A stretch of DNA of 64,000 nt from a candidate division FCPU426 bacterium (GCA_963840035.1 CAWIXE010000002.1:672001-736000); one strand, 5' to 3'; positions 50,485-60,349 are shown, counted from the stretch's first letter. Translations and numbers: made by a program. The notes: generated by a model from the sequence alone, not told the origin.

Positions 50485-51564
50485 GTGAACGCTGATGGAA
50501 AAAATATTACAATACGGAGTGCTGATTTGGATAAAATTAAAGAAGCCATCAAAGAGATTAAAAGTGGAAGCGCAACCGTTGAGAACCTCGTATACCTTCT
50601 TTCGGTTCCTACCCGCGAAGAGTTCCAACCGGTTTTTGACGAGTCTGCCAGGCTATGTAAAAAGCATTTTGGCAACCGGGTGTTCATGAGGGGGATTATT
50701 GAATTTTCCAACTTTTGCCGCAAAGGATGTCTTTACTGCGGTATAAATAAGGCTAACAAGAAGGTTCCGCGGTATAGATTAACCGTTGAAGAGATACTTG
50801 GAGCGGCTAAATTTATGAAAAAACAGGGTTCTTTGACCGTGGTCCTGCAGTCGGGTGAGGATCAGGGGTATGATAGGACGCTTTTAGAGGCGGTCCGCAG
50901 GATAAAAAAGGAATTAAACATGGCAATAACCCTTTCCGTGGGTGAGCGGGAGGAAAAAGTATACAAAGAATTCATAAAAGCGGGTGCTGACAGGTATCTG
51001 CTCCGCATAGAAACCACAGACCCGGGAGTATTTAAGAAACTGCATCCTGATGACAATCTGGAATACCGCAAAAAGTGCCTCTACACCCTCAAGAAATTAA
51101 AGTTTGAGGTCGGGACGGGAATTATGGTGGGCCTGCCGGGACAGAGCCTGGAATCGATTGCCAGGGACCTTTTGTTCTTTAAGGAACTGAATCCGGCCAT
51201 GATAGGCATAGGCCCGTTCCTGGCCCACGAGGATACGCCCCTGCGCAGCCACAAAAACACGGACATCTTCCCGACCCTGAAGGTTTTGTCCCTCATCAGG
51301 CTGGTCCTGCCCAAATCCAACCTGCCGGCCACGACTGCCATGGGCACCATAGACCCGACAGGCCGCCAACAGGCGCTGAGAATAGGGGCAAACGTTATAA
51401 TGCCGAACTTCACCCCGTCAAAATACAGGGAAAACTACAAGCTCTACGACAACAAGATCTGTGTTTCGGAGGAATACGGCAAGTGCGCCGCGTGTACAGT
51501 GGGGATTGCGATGGCGGCGGGGAAGAGGATTGTGAAGTCAAAAGGGTATTCAAAAAACAAATAA
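50485..51564 (+). CDS. hydE: [FeFe]-hydrogenase maturation radical SAM protein
   Basis: CRKGCLYC, VLQSGED, RYLLRIET, GIGPF, PATTA and YDNKIC motifs. Confidence 0.93.
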   Translation: MNADGKNITIRSADLDKIKEAIKEIKSGSATVENLVYLLSVPTREEFQPVFDESARLCKKHFGNRVFMRGIIEFSNFCRKGCLYCGINKANKKVPRYRLTVEEILGAAKFMKKQGSLTVVLQSGEDQGYDRTLLEAVRRIKKELNMAITLSVGEREEKVYKEFIKAGADRYLLRIETTDPGVFKKLHPDDNLEYRKKCLYTLKKLKFEVGTGIMVGLPGQSLESIARDLLFFKELNPAMIGIGPFLAHEDTPLRSHKNTDIFPTLKVLSLIRLVLPKSNLPATTAMGTIDPTGRQQALRIGANVIMPNFTPSKYRENYKLYDNKICVSEEYGKCAACTVGIAMAAGKRIVKSKGYSKNK

Positions 51565-51569
51565 TGTTT

Positions 51570-51642
51570 TCGTAGAGACGGAGTTCACCCCCCTATCAAG
51601 GCAGAACACAGATTTTAGACGGGGTGCCACCCATCCCTACGA
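51570..51642. repeat. GTAGAGACGG REP-like pair, copy 1
   Basis: CGTAGAGACGGAGTTCACCCCC-x-TCAAGGCAGAA ... CCCTACG. Confidence 0.65.
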
Positions 51643-51762
51643 CACCTAACATGAATCCATTCCTAATCAATTGACTGTATATACATTAAGGGGTATAATA
51701 TCCATCAATATTTTAATATTTTCTAAAGAGAAACCCAATTTGAATTTGGATCAGGAGGGGTT

Positions 51763-53010
51763 ATGAAAATTTTCAAATTAATTATTTGTTTTCAGTTTTG
51801 TCTTACGGCTTTGTATGGATTTTCGGAATTGCAGGCACCTACTCCGGAGCCTGAGTGCGTTGATAATGTAAAACCCATCAATTTCTCAAAAACCAAATTT
51901 ATCAATGACCTGTCTGACGAAGAGGCGTATTCGTTTATTGAAACGTCAGATATGGGGTTTTTAATTGTCGGGTGTTCGTCCGAAAGGACAAGAAACGGGA
52001 AAAGCGTATATTTGATTAAAGCCAATTCTGCGGGCAAGGTTGAATGGCGTAAATATTTCGGGGAACCGACGGATACAGCGGAAGGCGATGGGGTCATAGA
52101 AATAAGCGACGGGTATGTGATAACGGGAAGTTTAAACGAAAAGCCGTTTATTATGAAAGTCAGCATTCAAGGAGGGATGTTGTGGTTTAAAACTTATGAT
52201 TCTGATAAATTTTATGAAGGCTGTTTTGATTCTGTAGTTAAGGACGATAAAGATAATTTAATTACAGCTGGCCATGCCCGCGCCATGAAAGATCATATTT
52301 TTATAGAAAAGGTTTCCGGTGTGGATGGCAGCGTGATAAAATCGGCGGATTTTGCCGATGTTACCGGGCAGAATACCGGCTCTTATAATATCATTAATGC
52401 CGGCGGCGGTAATTGCATTGTTAGCGGGTATTCTTATGATAAAGGTGTGGTGATGAAGCTTGATGGCGATTTAAAAGTGGCTAAATCTAACTGCATGAAT
52501 TATAACAAGATCACACAGGCATGCCAGGAGGAAGGCAACTCGTACTTGCGGGTCGATAAGTCGGCTGTCTTTTATGACATAATAGATGCCGAAAAGGATG
52601 GTTTTTTTTCCATTTTCAACACCTCTACCTTAGACGGATATAGCAGCACCATTATACATTTTAAGACATTTGAAGTTGCAGAATCATACGATTTCAGATT
52701 CTGTGACCCTTATAATTATGTGTCTCTTGCGCCTGGCATGGCTTCGGATTTTGTTGCGCTTTTAAATGACGCAAATAGACATGTGATGGGTATTATTACA
52801 TGCGATTATTTTAAGAAAATTGGAAAAAAAATGTTCTTTTATAATAACGGCCTTAAATTATCCGGCGTAAAGATCCTGAAAACCGCGGATAATTGCTATG
52901 TCATATTGGGGTCATTGGGAATAATGGTTGAACAAAAAGACGGCGCTAAATTTGAGGAGTCAAGAATATTTTTGACGAAAATCAAACCGGATCTGTCAAA
53001 AATTTGGTAA
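51763..53010 (+). CDS. secreted hypothetical protein (beta-propeller-like repeats)
   Basis: Signal peptide; repeated G-Y/F-hydrophobic-G and K...G...W-x-K units. Confidence 0.65.
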   Translation: MKIFKLIICFQFCLTALYGFSELQAPTPEPECVDNVKPINFSKTKFINDLSDEEAYSFIETSDMGFLIVGCSSERTRNGKSVYLIKANSAGKVEWRKYFGEPTDTAEGDGVIEISDGYVITGSLNEKPFIMKVSIQGGMLWFKTYDSDKFYEGCFDSVVKDDKDNLITAGHARAMKDHIFIEKVSGVDGSVIKSADFADVTGQNTGSYNIINAGGGNCIVSGYSYDKGVVMKLDGDLKVAKSNCMNYNKITQACQEEGNSYLRVDKSAVFYDIIDAEKDGFFSIFNTSTLDGYSSTIIHFKTFEVAESYDFRFCDPYNYVSLAPGMASDFVALLNDANRHVMGIITCDYFKKIGKKMFFYNNGLKLSGVKILKTADNCYVILGSLGIMVEQKDGAKFEESRIFLTKIKPDLSKIW

Positions 53011-53039
53011 TCCCGGAACATTAAAAAACAGGAGGGTTT

Positions 53040-53498
53040 ATGCAGGGGATAAAAAAGATTTCTTGGTCGCTTTATTTAATTGTTTTGATTTGTTTCATCA
53101 TGCCTTTTATGACCATATCTTGCGGGGGGCAGAAAGTTGTTACTCTTACGGGCGTCCAGATAGCTACGGGGTCGCAGATTGACGTTGGAGGGGGGCAGAT
53201 ACAGAAAATTGATCCTGAAGCGAGGATTGTCCTGGTTTTTCTTCTTTCACTTGCGGCGATGATAGTGCTTTTGACGGTTAAGACAAAGCCTGCTTATGTC
53301 GCGGCTTTGGTTTGTTCCGCGGCGTCTGTTATATTGCTTTACTGGTATAAAATTAAGGCTGATGCTGATATTGTGAAGCAGGGCGAGGGCATGCTGACTT
53401 CGACATATGACTTCGGTTACTGGCTTGTTTTGTTCCTGCTTGTTATTGGCATTGTTTTAATGTCTGTATTTGTATCGGAAAAAGGCAAAAGCAGCTAA
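53040..53498 (+). CDS. hypothetical four-TM membrane protein
   Basis: Hydrophobic helices; MPFMTISC...TG motif; GGAGG RBS. Confidence 0.7.
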   Translation: MQGIKKISWSLYLIVLICFIMPFMTISCGGQKVVTLTGVQIATGSQIDVGGGQIQKIDPEARIVLVFLLSLAAMIVLLTVKTKPAYVAALVCSAASVILLYWYKIKADADIVKQGEGMLTSTYDFGYWLVLFLLVIGIVLMSVFVSEKGKSS

Positions 53499-53500
53499 AT

Positions 53501-53576
53501 TTGTAGAGACGGGGTTCACCCCCTTCTCAAGGCAGAATATAAGGTTTGAGATAGGGGCAATCCCCGGATCTACAAA
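53501..53576. repeat. GTAGAGACGG REP-like pair, copy 2
   Basis: TTGTAGAGACGGGGTTCACCCCC-x-TCAAGGCAGAA ... TCTACAA. Confidence 0.65.
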
Positions 53577-53593
53577 ATCTATGGAGGTGTTTT

Positions 53594-53959
53594 ATGGCGC
53601 GTGGGGAAGTAATCATTCACAAGGGGAAAAAGGTTGTGCATATAGACCTGTCCAACGGCATCCTTCCTGATGTAAAACAGGCAATCGAGGAAGCCGGGCA
53701 ATATATTTATAATCAACCTCAGGGGACGGTGCTTTGCTGGGTAAATACCGAGGGAACCAAGATGACGACGGAAATATCGGATGTGTTGAAGTCATTTACG
53801 TTAAAGAACAAGTCTTACATTAAGATGACGGCCATATCCGGCGTCGAGGGCGTGCAAAAAGTTGTCATAAGCGCCATTATCATGTTTACAAAACGTAACA
53901 ACCTTGTTGTAAAGAACAGCAGGGAAGAGGCGCTGGATTATCTGGCGTCTATCGGATAG
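53594..53959 (+). CDS. hypothetical STAS/SEC14-like small protein
   Basis: 121 aa alpha/beta pattern ending in SREEALDYL; GGAGGTG RBS. Confidence 0.65.
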   Translation: MARGEVIIHKGKKVVHIDLSNGILPDVKQAIEEAGQYIYNQPQGTVLCWVNTEGTKMTTEISDVLKSFTLKNKSYIKMTAISGVEGVQKVVISAIIMFTKRNNLVVKNSREEALDYLASIG

Positions 53960-54141
53960 AGTGCCAAAAAATTAAAGCGCGTATTGACTTTTGCTGATTT
54001 AACGGCTATATATAACTGTAAGGCTTTTAACCCTATTTAAATTCTAAAAAAACTAACCCGCTTATTGAACCCGCGCAAGGCCTTATTATTTAATAATATT
54101 GCATTTGTGTATTTGAATAATAAAAAAATCAGGAGGGGTCT

Positions 54142-55317
54142 ATGAGAAAAGTGTTTTTTTTGCCGGTTATTGCTTTATGTTTTGCTGTATTTTCGTTTGG
54201 CGCGGATAAGATTGCCGGGGCCGCCGGGGATTTTAGTTTTGTACAGATGTCGGATACGCACTGGGGTTTTAACAAGCCTGAGATAAACCCTGATTTTGCG
54301 GGAACGCTGAAGAAGGCGGTTGCAGAAGTAAATGCCCTCGATCCGAAACCGGATTTTGTGGTTTTTACCGGAGACCTGACGCACAGCACTGCGGACAAAG
54401 CTGAGCGAAAGAAACGGCTGCTTGAGTTCAAAGAAATCACTAAGACGCTGAATGTAAAAAATATAAAGTACCTGCCGGGCGAGCATGATGCCGGCATGGA
54501 CAGGGGTGAAGTCTATAAAGAGGTATTGGGTAAAACTTATTATGCGTTTGACCACAAAGGCGTCCACTTCATAGTGCTTGATAATGTTTCAGCGCCTGAT
54601 TCCACAATCGGGGAGAAGCAGCTGCTGTGGCTGAAAACAACGCTGGGAAAGTTAGACCGGTCATCAAGAATTGTGGTTTTTACGCACAGGCCGCTTTTTG
54701 AGCTCAGCGCGCAGTGGGACTGGTGGACAAAGGACGGTGACAGGGCAATTGATTTGCTTAAACCCTTTAAAAATGTCACTGTATTTTACGGGCATATACA
54801 CAATGAGAATACCCATATAACAGAGCAGATAGTTTTTCATGCGGCAAAAAGCCTTATGTACCGGCTGACGTGGCTTGGAACGGCGGAGCATAAGGCGCCG
54901 GTGCCCTGGGACGCAGATATGCCATATGCGGGCCTTGGTTTCCGCACCGTAGGCATAACAAAAGATAAGCCCGAATGCATTGTGACGGAATATCCGATTA
55001 ATTCCAATGAAGGGATACCGGCGGCGCTTACTGAACCGGTCGCGCAGGTATGTAAGATCCAGGCTGGTGATTTTTTCTTCAGGCCTGACGAAATCAGGGT
55101 GAAAATGGGATCGCCCGTTTCCATAGAGCTTACTTCGCTGGATGAACTGCACAGTTTTTATTGTCATGATCTCGGAATCCGTTCGGATATTGTGCCCGGC
55201 GAAGTAAAAGTCGTGCGTTTTACGCCCATGAAGGAAGGGACATATGTATTTAACGACGACCTGTTTGTGGGCGAAGGCTATGACGATATGGTTGGAAAGA
55301 TCGTTGTTGAAAAATAA
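54142..55317 (+). CDS. secreted calcineurin-like metallophosphoesterase fused to a cupredoxin-like domain
   Basis: SDTH, TGDL, GEHD, THRP and GHIH motifs; C-terminal F-x-PDEI-x-V...HSF...FTP...G-x-Y...M-x-GKIVV. Confidence 0.85.
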   Translation: MRKVFFLPVIALCFAVFSFGADKIAGAAGDFSFVQMSDTHWGFNKPEINPDFAGTLKKAVAEVNALDPKPDFVVFTGDLTHSTADKAERKKRLLEFKEITKTLNVKNIKYLPGEHDAGMDRGEVYKEVLGKTYYAFDHKGVHFIVLDNVSAPDSTIGEKQLLWLKTTLGKLDRSSRIVVFTHRPLFELSAQWDWWTKDGDRAIDLLKPFKNVTVFYGHIHNENTHITEQIVFHAAKSLMYRLTWLGTAEHKAPVPWDADMPYAGLGFRTVGITKDKPECIVTEYPINSNEGIPAALTEPVAQVCKIQAGDFFFRPDEIRVKMGSPVSIELTSLDELHSFYCHDLGIRSDIVPGEVKVVRFTPMKEGTYVFNDDLFVGEGYDDMVGKIVVEK

Positions 55318-55370
55318 CGGACAACCGGATATTTTACCGTGTGCGTACAATCAATAATAAGGCGGCAAAT

Positions 55371-55604
55371 ATGGCATCAAAAGAAAATATTGTGAAAGAG
55401 AATGTGGCTGGGAAATACTATGTGGATGACCAGTGCATATCGTGCGAGTTGTGCGTATCCACCGCTCCACTTTGCTTTAAGATGGCGGGCGACGGCTCGC
55501 ACGCGTATGTGTTCAGCCAGCCGAAAGGGTTTGAAGAAGGGGAGGCGTGCAGGGAGTCCATGGGGGAATGTCCTGTCTTTGCCATAGGCGACGACGGGCA
55601 ATGA
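55371..55604 (+). CDS. single-cluster ferredoxin
   Basis: ENV-x-GKYYVD-x-x-CISCELC...CPVFAIG. Confidence 0.88.
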   Translation: MASKENIVKENVAGKYYVDDQCISCELCVSTAPLCFKMAGDGSHAYVFSQPKGFEEGEACRESMGECPVFAIGDDGQ

Positions 55605-55647
55605 GCCGAGGCGCTTTGGCGTCAAATAATTTACATGTGGGGGGTAT

Positions 55648-56967
55648 ATGAAAAAGTTATTTGTATTCGTTTTGTCAGCTCTGTTTTTTGCTTCTCCGCG
55701 GGGCTCGGCGTATGATGGCGCCAAAAATAATGAATACAAAGGCGGTCAATCCAGACAGCATGCCGTGAGCGGCCAGTCAGCGGCCGGCGCGGCGCAGCGA
55801 AATTCAGCCGATGAAATGAAGAAATACGGCGGGAATTTTGAAAAACTCCGGAATACGGAATCTGACGCCATTAGTATTGAACTGCCATCAAGCGGCTTTA
55901 AGAACCGCAATTTCCCTTTTGATGCGCAAAACAGAAAAAAACAGGAAACCGGCATGGAACCGTCATACGGAATATTAAAGTGGAACAGCGGCCAAACCCC
56001 GGCAAAGCCTGAAAAAAAATACTCCGCAAAAAATGACTCTGAAAACGGGCCTGTGCCGGAAGCGCATATAAAAAATGAGGGATTCAGGGCATATGGAGGA
56101 AAAACAACGGCGCGCGCAGCGCATAACCGGCCGCGCAGCGAGGATGTAACTAAGAAAAGACTTGGTGAGCTTGGCGTGAATTTTGAGCCTTCTTACATTA
56201 CAAAACGGGAGGAAGTCATACACACCGACAGGTTGCACTCAAGCATAAATTACCCTAAGCAAGGGCTCAATAAAAAGGCGATAAATGCGCTGCCGTTTTC
56301 TTACCGGCACTTCAATGACAGCGCCATAAAATCACGGATGGCGCTCATATCGGGGCTGTCATGGCAAAAAAAGGTGATGGATTTAAACAAGTCTGAAACA
56401 ATGTCAAATAATTATTACTGGCATAAAGACAGGGATTTTGATTATTGCCATGTGATTGACTCTTCGGGTTATCACTGGTACGGCTTGTACGCGGGTGACA
56501 GGTTTTTCTGGTTGAGATTTTTCAGCAACCGCTGGTGGTGGTATGACGCTGACTTTGACCGCTGGTGTTTCTGGAATAACGGTTTCTGGTGGTGGCAGGA
56601 CCCGTATCATTTCGGCGATATATATCTTTATAATGAAACGGATTATATACCGTGTAACACATCGGAAGATTCCGTGCTTGTCAATGTACCGCAGACATCC
56701 GGGGAACAGTCATATACAAGCCAGGATAAAAGAAGGACTGTCAAAATTCTTTCTGATGCGCGCGACGCGTTTTTATACGACAATACCGCACCCCCGGCGT
56801 TTAACCCGGTTTATCTCGCTTCAGGGGTAAAAGAAGTGATGTTCTCCGGCGGCGGAAACGGGGTTCCGCTCGAGATAATATTGAAACTCGAAAATAATAC
56901 ATTTAACATGTTTGACGACCGTGGCAGGCCGTTTATCAGTCCCGGTAGGGAAGAAGATGGCCGATAA
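55648..56967 (+). CDS. secreted hypothetical protein with a Trp-rich domain
   Basis: Signal peptide, low-complexity N-terminal half, NRWWWY...WCFW...FWWWQ. Confidence 0.7.
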   Translation: MKKLFVFVLSALFFASPRGSAYDGAKNNEYKGGQSRQHAVSGQSAAGAAQRNSADEMKKYGGNFEKLRNTESDAISIELPSSGFKNRNFPFDAQNRKKQETGMEPSYGILKWNSGQTPAKPEKKYSAKNDSENGPVPEAHIKNEGFRAYGGKTTARAAHNRPRSEDVTKKRLGELGVNFEPSYITKREEVIHTDRLHSSINYPKQGLNKKAINALPFSYRHFNDSAIKSRMALISGLSWQKKVMDLNKSETMSNNYYWHKDRDFDYCHVIDSSGYHWYGLYAGDRFFWLRFFSNRWWWYDADFDRWCFWNNGFWWWQDPYHFGDIYLYNETDYIPCNTSEDSVLVNVPQTSGEQSYTSQDKRRTVKILSDARDAFLYDNTAPPAFNPVYLASGVKEVMFSGGGNGVPLEIILKLENNTFNMFDDRGRPFISPGREEDGR

Positions 56968-56996
56968 AAGGATTGGCCATCACAAGAGCTTAAGAC

Positions 56997-57032
56997 ATGC
57001 CGGCCCGCGTACGCGGGTCGGCATTATTTTTT
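56997..57032 (+). terminator. intrinsic terminator
   Basis: ATGCCGGCCCGCG-TA-CGCGGGTCGGCAT followed by a T-run. Confidence 0.75.
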
Positions 57033-57115
57033 TAAAGATTTCCCGCTTATTTTAGGCGCTTATATGATAACATATCAGTTATAATTATTTAAATAATGAT
57101 AAAAGGACGGAAAAA

Positions 57116-57619
57116 ATGAGAAAAAAAACACTGATGGCGGCCTTGCTTGCCGTGATTATTTTAAGTTCCTGCGCTTCGCTGTATATAAAACCGGCTATCC
57201 AAGCCACGTTATATAAACAGCAGGTGCCCGGGAACGCTGCTGTTATTTTCAAAGCCGCACTTTACATACTGCCGGCGCTCGGATATAAGATTGAAGGCAG
57301 CAGCCAGAAGGATGGCTCCATCACAACATCGCCTGTGGAAATAACCGTGGACCCGTCAACATGCGATTGCGGCAGCAGCCTGGGGCTGCCCGTAATCAAA
57401 AGTAAAGGCACAAAGGCAAAAGTTTATTTTATCATAGGGGTATCAAACAACGAGCTCACCGTAAAGGCCGAGATAGAACCGGTAATGGACGACCTGATGA
57501 GCGCGATAGGCGCGGCTGCGAATATAGTGTGCGTTTCAAAAGGAAAGCTTGAAGACACCCTTGCCAAAAATTTTATTGGTAAAATGAAAACCAATGTTTT
57601 GCAGATGCTTTTTAAATAA
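57116..57619 (+). CDS. hypothetical lipoprotein
   Basis: Lipobox LSSC; CDCG ... CVSKGKLE motif. Confidence 0.7.
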   Translation: MRKKTLMAALLAVIILSSCASLYIKPAIQATLYKQQVPGNAAVIFKAALYILPALGYKIEGSSQKDGSITTSPVEITVDPSTCDCGSSLGLPVIKSKGTKAKVYFIIGVSNNELTVKAEIEPVMDDLMSAIGAAANIVCVSKGKLEDTLAKNFIGKMKTNVLQMLFK

Positions 57620-57657
57620 AAATTGGATGATTATATGAATATTAAAGGGGCACATTT

Positions 57658-59373
57658 TTGAAAAAACTTATGATTTTAGTTCTTGTTGCATACGCGCTTG
57701 TCTCCGGATGTGTGGATAAGCCGAAAAAGGCTTCGATTCCCGATAATAAACCCGTTGAAACTGCGGAATATATTATGGCTGAAGATTGTATAGTTGTACG
57801 CGGCGTGAAATTTTACCTTGAAGACTCAAAAATGGCGGCGCGTAGGAATAACGACGCGGGTTCGGCCGTCATACAGGATTCGGCCATGGGAAAATACACT
57901 TATATATTTGTTGAGACTTTAGGTTCGGACGCGCGTGATTGCTGGATATTGGATAATTTGACCAAAAGACAGGTGAAATTGGCGCTAAAGAATCCGGGCA
58001 TCCCGGAAGGCGTGCAGTGGTATGGAGATGCGGTTTTAAGGATGGATTATGGCCGCCAGAGAGGAACAACGGCCTCTTTTTACAGGGCCGGCAACCCCGG
58101 GGAAAGTGTTGAAATTAACGATCCCGTATATTATGACCTGTCAAGCGATGTGCTTATTTATGGCGACCGGGATAGCCTGGAAAAAATCGTTGAACATGAG
58201 GATGTTTTTTTTCGCGCAAGAATTCTGGTTCAAAAAGGGCTGTTTAAATCCTTAAAACAAAATACCTTTATGCATGTTTTCTCGACCGGAAGTGATGATG
58301 TGAATTTTAACGCAAAGGATAGCGTGCTCGCGCGCGGGATACTAAAACTCACACTGGAGAATTCGATAATATGTGTCGACCTGGAAAGGCTGGAAGTGAT
58401 CACGTGCCCGCTTGGTTTTATTGATGAAAGCAAGGACTGGTTAAACGGCACCGAGGGGCATGAAACACGGAAAGAACCTGTATCTGAAGTGGCGCCGATA
58501 CGCAGTTCATGGATACTGCGCAATAGTGACCCGGGCTTTGGGGTGAGGTCGGAGCTCACATGCATCAATTATAAAGGCCGGCTATGGGTCATAGCGGGTA
58601 TGGGAAATCAGATATATTATAACGACATTTGGAATACGTCTGACGGCACAAACTGGGAATGCGTTAATAAAGAAGCTGAATTCAGCGCCAGATACGGACA
58701 CTCAAGCGTTGTTTTTAATGATAAAATGTGGGTTATTGGCGGTTATACAGGGCAATATTGCGACGATGTGTGGTATTCATCAGACGCGCAACGCTGGACA
58801 CGCGCGACCGCCGAGGCGGGTTTTGGCGCCAGGGCAGATCACACGAGCGTTGTTTTTAAGAATGCCATATGGGTTATTGGAGGAAGCATAACCGGGCCTA
58901 CTATTGTCAAAGATGTTTGGAAATCAACAGATGGAGAACACTGGGAACTGGCAACAGCTTCACCTGGTTTTGCTCCAAGGAGGCTGCATACATCGGTTGT
59001 TTTTGACGGCAGGATGTGGGTGATAGGCGGAAATGACTGGAATGCGCTATACAATGATGTTTGGTATTCATATGACGGTGTTAAATGGTCGATGGCAACA
59101 GAACATGCGCCTTTTAAAGCGCGGTATGTCCATACGAGTTTTGTATTTGACAATAAAATATGGGTCGTTGCCGGAGCGGATAGTGATGGATATATGAATG
59201 ATTCGTGGTATACTACTGACGGCAAAAACTGGATTCAGGCTGAAAAAAATGCAGCTTTTGTGGAACGCGCTGTTTGCGCGGGAGAAGTTTTTAACGGAAA
59301 AATGTGGCTGATTGGAGGCGCTGTTTTTAAGCCGGCGCATATGTCCATAAATGAGGTATGGAGTACAAGGTAA
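57658..59373 (+). CDS. lipoprotein with C-terminal kelch-like beta-propeller
   Basis: Lipobox VSGC; six repeats of R-x-x-H-x-SVVF...MWVIGG...DVW-x-S-x-DG-x-x-W. Confidence 0.82.
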   Translation: MKKLMILVLVAYALVSGCVDKPKKASIPDNKPVETAEYIMAEDCIVVRGVKFYLEDSKMAARRNNDAGSAVIQDSAMGKYTYIFVETLGSDARDCWILDNLTKRQVKLALKNPGIPEGVQWYGDAVLRMDYGRQRGTTASFYRAGNPGESVEINDPVYYDLSSDVLIYGDRDSLEKIVEHEDVFFRARILVQKGLFKSLKQNTFMHVFSTGSDDVNFNAKDSVLARGILKLTLENSIICVDLERLEVITCPLGFIDESKDWLNGTEGHETRKEPVSEVAPIRSSWILRNSDPGFGVRSELTCINYKGRLWVIAGMGNQIYYNDIWNTSDGTNWECVNKEAEFSARYGHSSVVFNDKMWVIGGYTGQYCDDVWYSSDAQRWTRATAEAGFGARADHTSVVFKNAIWVIGGSITGPTIVKDVWKSTDGEHWELATASPGFAPRRLHTSVVFDGRMWVIGGNDWNALYNDVWYSYDGVKWSMATEHAPFKARYVHTSFVFDNKIWVVAGADSDGYMNDSWYTTDGKNWIQAEKNAAFVERAVCAGEVFNGKMWLIGGAVFKPAHMSINEVWSTR

Positions 59374-59419
59374 AAATTTGGTTATTGATGTCTGATAAAA
59401 TTGAAGAAGGAGGTAAAAC

Positions 59420-59596
59420 ATGGGAAACATGAAGTCGAAAAGGGTCAGGAGAGCCGAAGCGGGAACACGCCAGGCTAAGAAAAGGGTTGAGCATATCGCG
59501 AAACGCAAGGCTGCAGGCGCGGCCGCGGGTAAAGTTGTGGTAAAGGCGGCAGCTCCGAAAGCCGCGGCACCGAAAGCAGCACCAAAAGCAAAGTAG
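59420..59596 (+). CDS. 58-aa basic Lys/Ala/Pro-rich protein (absent from the ORF track)
   Basis: AAGGAGGT RBS; MGNMKSKRVRRAEAGTRQAKKRVEHIAKRKAAGAAAGKVVVKAAAPKAAAPKAAPKAK. Confidence 0.75.
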   Translation: MGNMKSKRVRRAEAGTRQAKKRVEHIAKRKAAGAAAGKVVVKAAAPKAAAPKAAPKAK

Positions 59597-59765
59597 TTCA
59601 AAGCCACAAAGACGCCCTAAAACGGAGGATGCGCCTAAAAAGCGCGGCTCCGGGTGGGCGGGTTGTAAGGTAATAGTGAGTAGTGTGTGGTGGGTAGTGA
59701 TTGGCGGACGGCGGGCTGATACTGAATAACAATCATAAAACAAAAAAGTTGACTTTTTTGCCTTT

Positions 59766-59801
59766 ATATTGTATCATTACAATATGGTATAAATACAATA
59801 T
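59766..59801. promoter_or_regulatory. tandem palindromic operator upstream of the PadR gene
   Basis: ATATTGTA-TCAT-TACAATAT overlapping ATATGGTA-TAAA-TACAATAT, covering the -10 of TTGACT-17-TATCAT. Confidence 0.6.
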
Positions 59802-59811
59802 GGAGGTGGTT

Positions 59812-60336
59812 ATGGAACTTTCGGTAAAAGAAACGGCATTACTCGGGCTTTTGATGGAACAGCCCAGGCACGCGTACTCTATAGAACAGGAGATAAAGTT
59901 CAGGGACATGCGTTACTGGGTGGGTATATCGATGTCGTCGATATATAAACTTTTAACCGCGCTTGAAAAACAAAAACTGGTCAAAAGCGCAAACAGAATT
60001 GAAAAAGGAAAAACACAAAAAGTTTATACCCTGACTCCTGACGGTGAAAAAATGTTCAGGCTTAAGGTCATACAGCTGCTTTCTGTGCCGGAACACACCA
60101 GGTGGAACGTGGATGTGGGGATTGCTTTTGCCAAATTGCTGACAAAAAGCGAGACAAAATCATGCATGAAACAATACCTTCAGGGGCTTGAGGAAAAGGT
60201 AAAAGGTTATACCGCGCTTGAAGAGTTTTTAACTGAAAACAAGGCAACACCCGAAAACATGGGGCTTGCCACGCGTCCGATAGCTTTATATAAAGCTGAA
60301 ATAAAATGGGCAAAAGAATACGTGAAAAGCCTTTAG
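59812..60336 (+). CDS. PadR-family transcriptional regulator
   Basis: LLGLL-x-EQPRH-x-Y...SIY-x-x-L-x-x-LEK...VY-x-LT-x-x-G; GGAGGTGG RBS. Confidence 0.87.
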   Translation: MELSVKETALLGLLMEQPRHAYSIEQEIKFRDMRYWVGISMSSIYKLLTALEKQKLVKSANRIEKGKTQKVYTLTPDGEKMFRLKVIQLLSVPEHTRWNVDVGIAFAKLLTKSETKSCMKQYLQGLEEKVKGYTALEEFLTENKATPENMGLATRPIALYKAEIKWAKEYVKSL

Positions 60337-60349
60337 ACACGGCTTTAAA

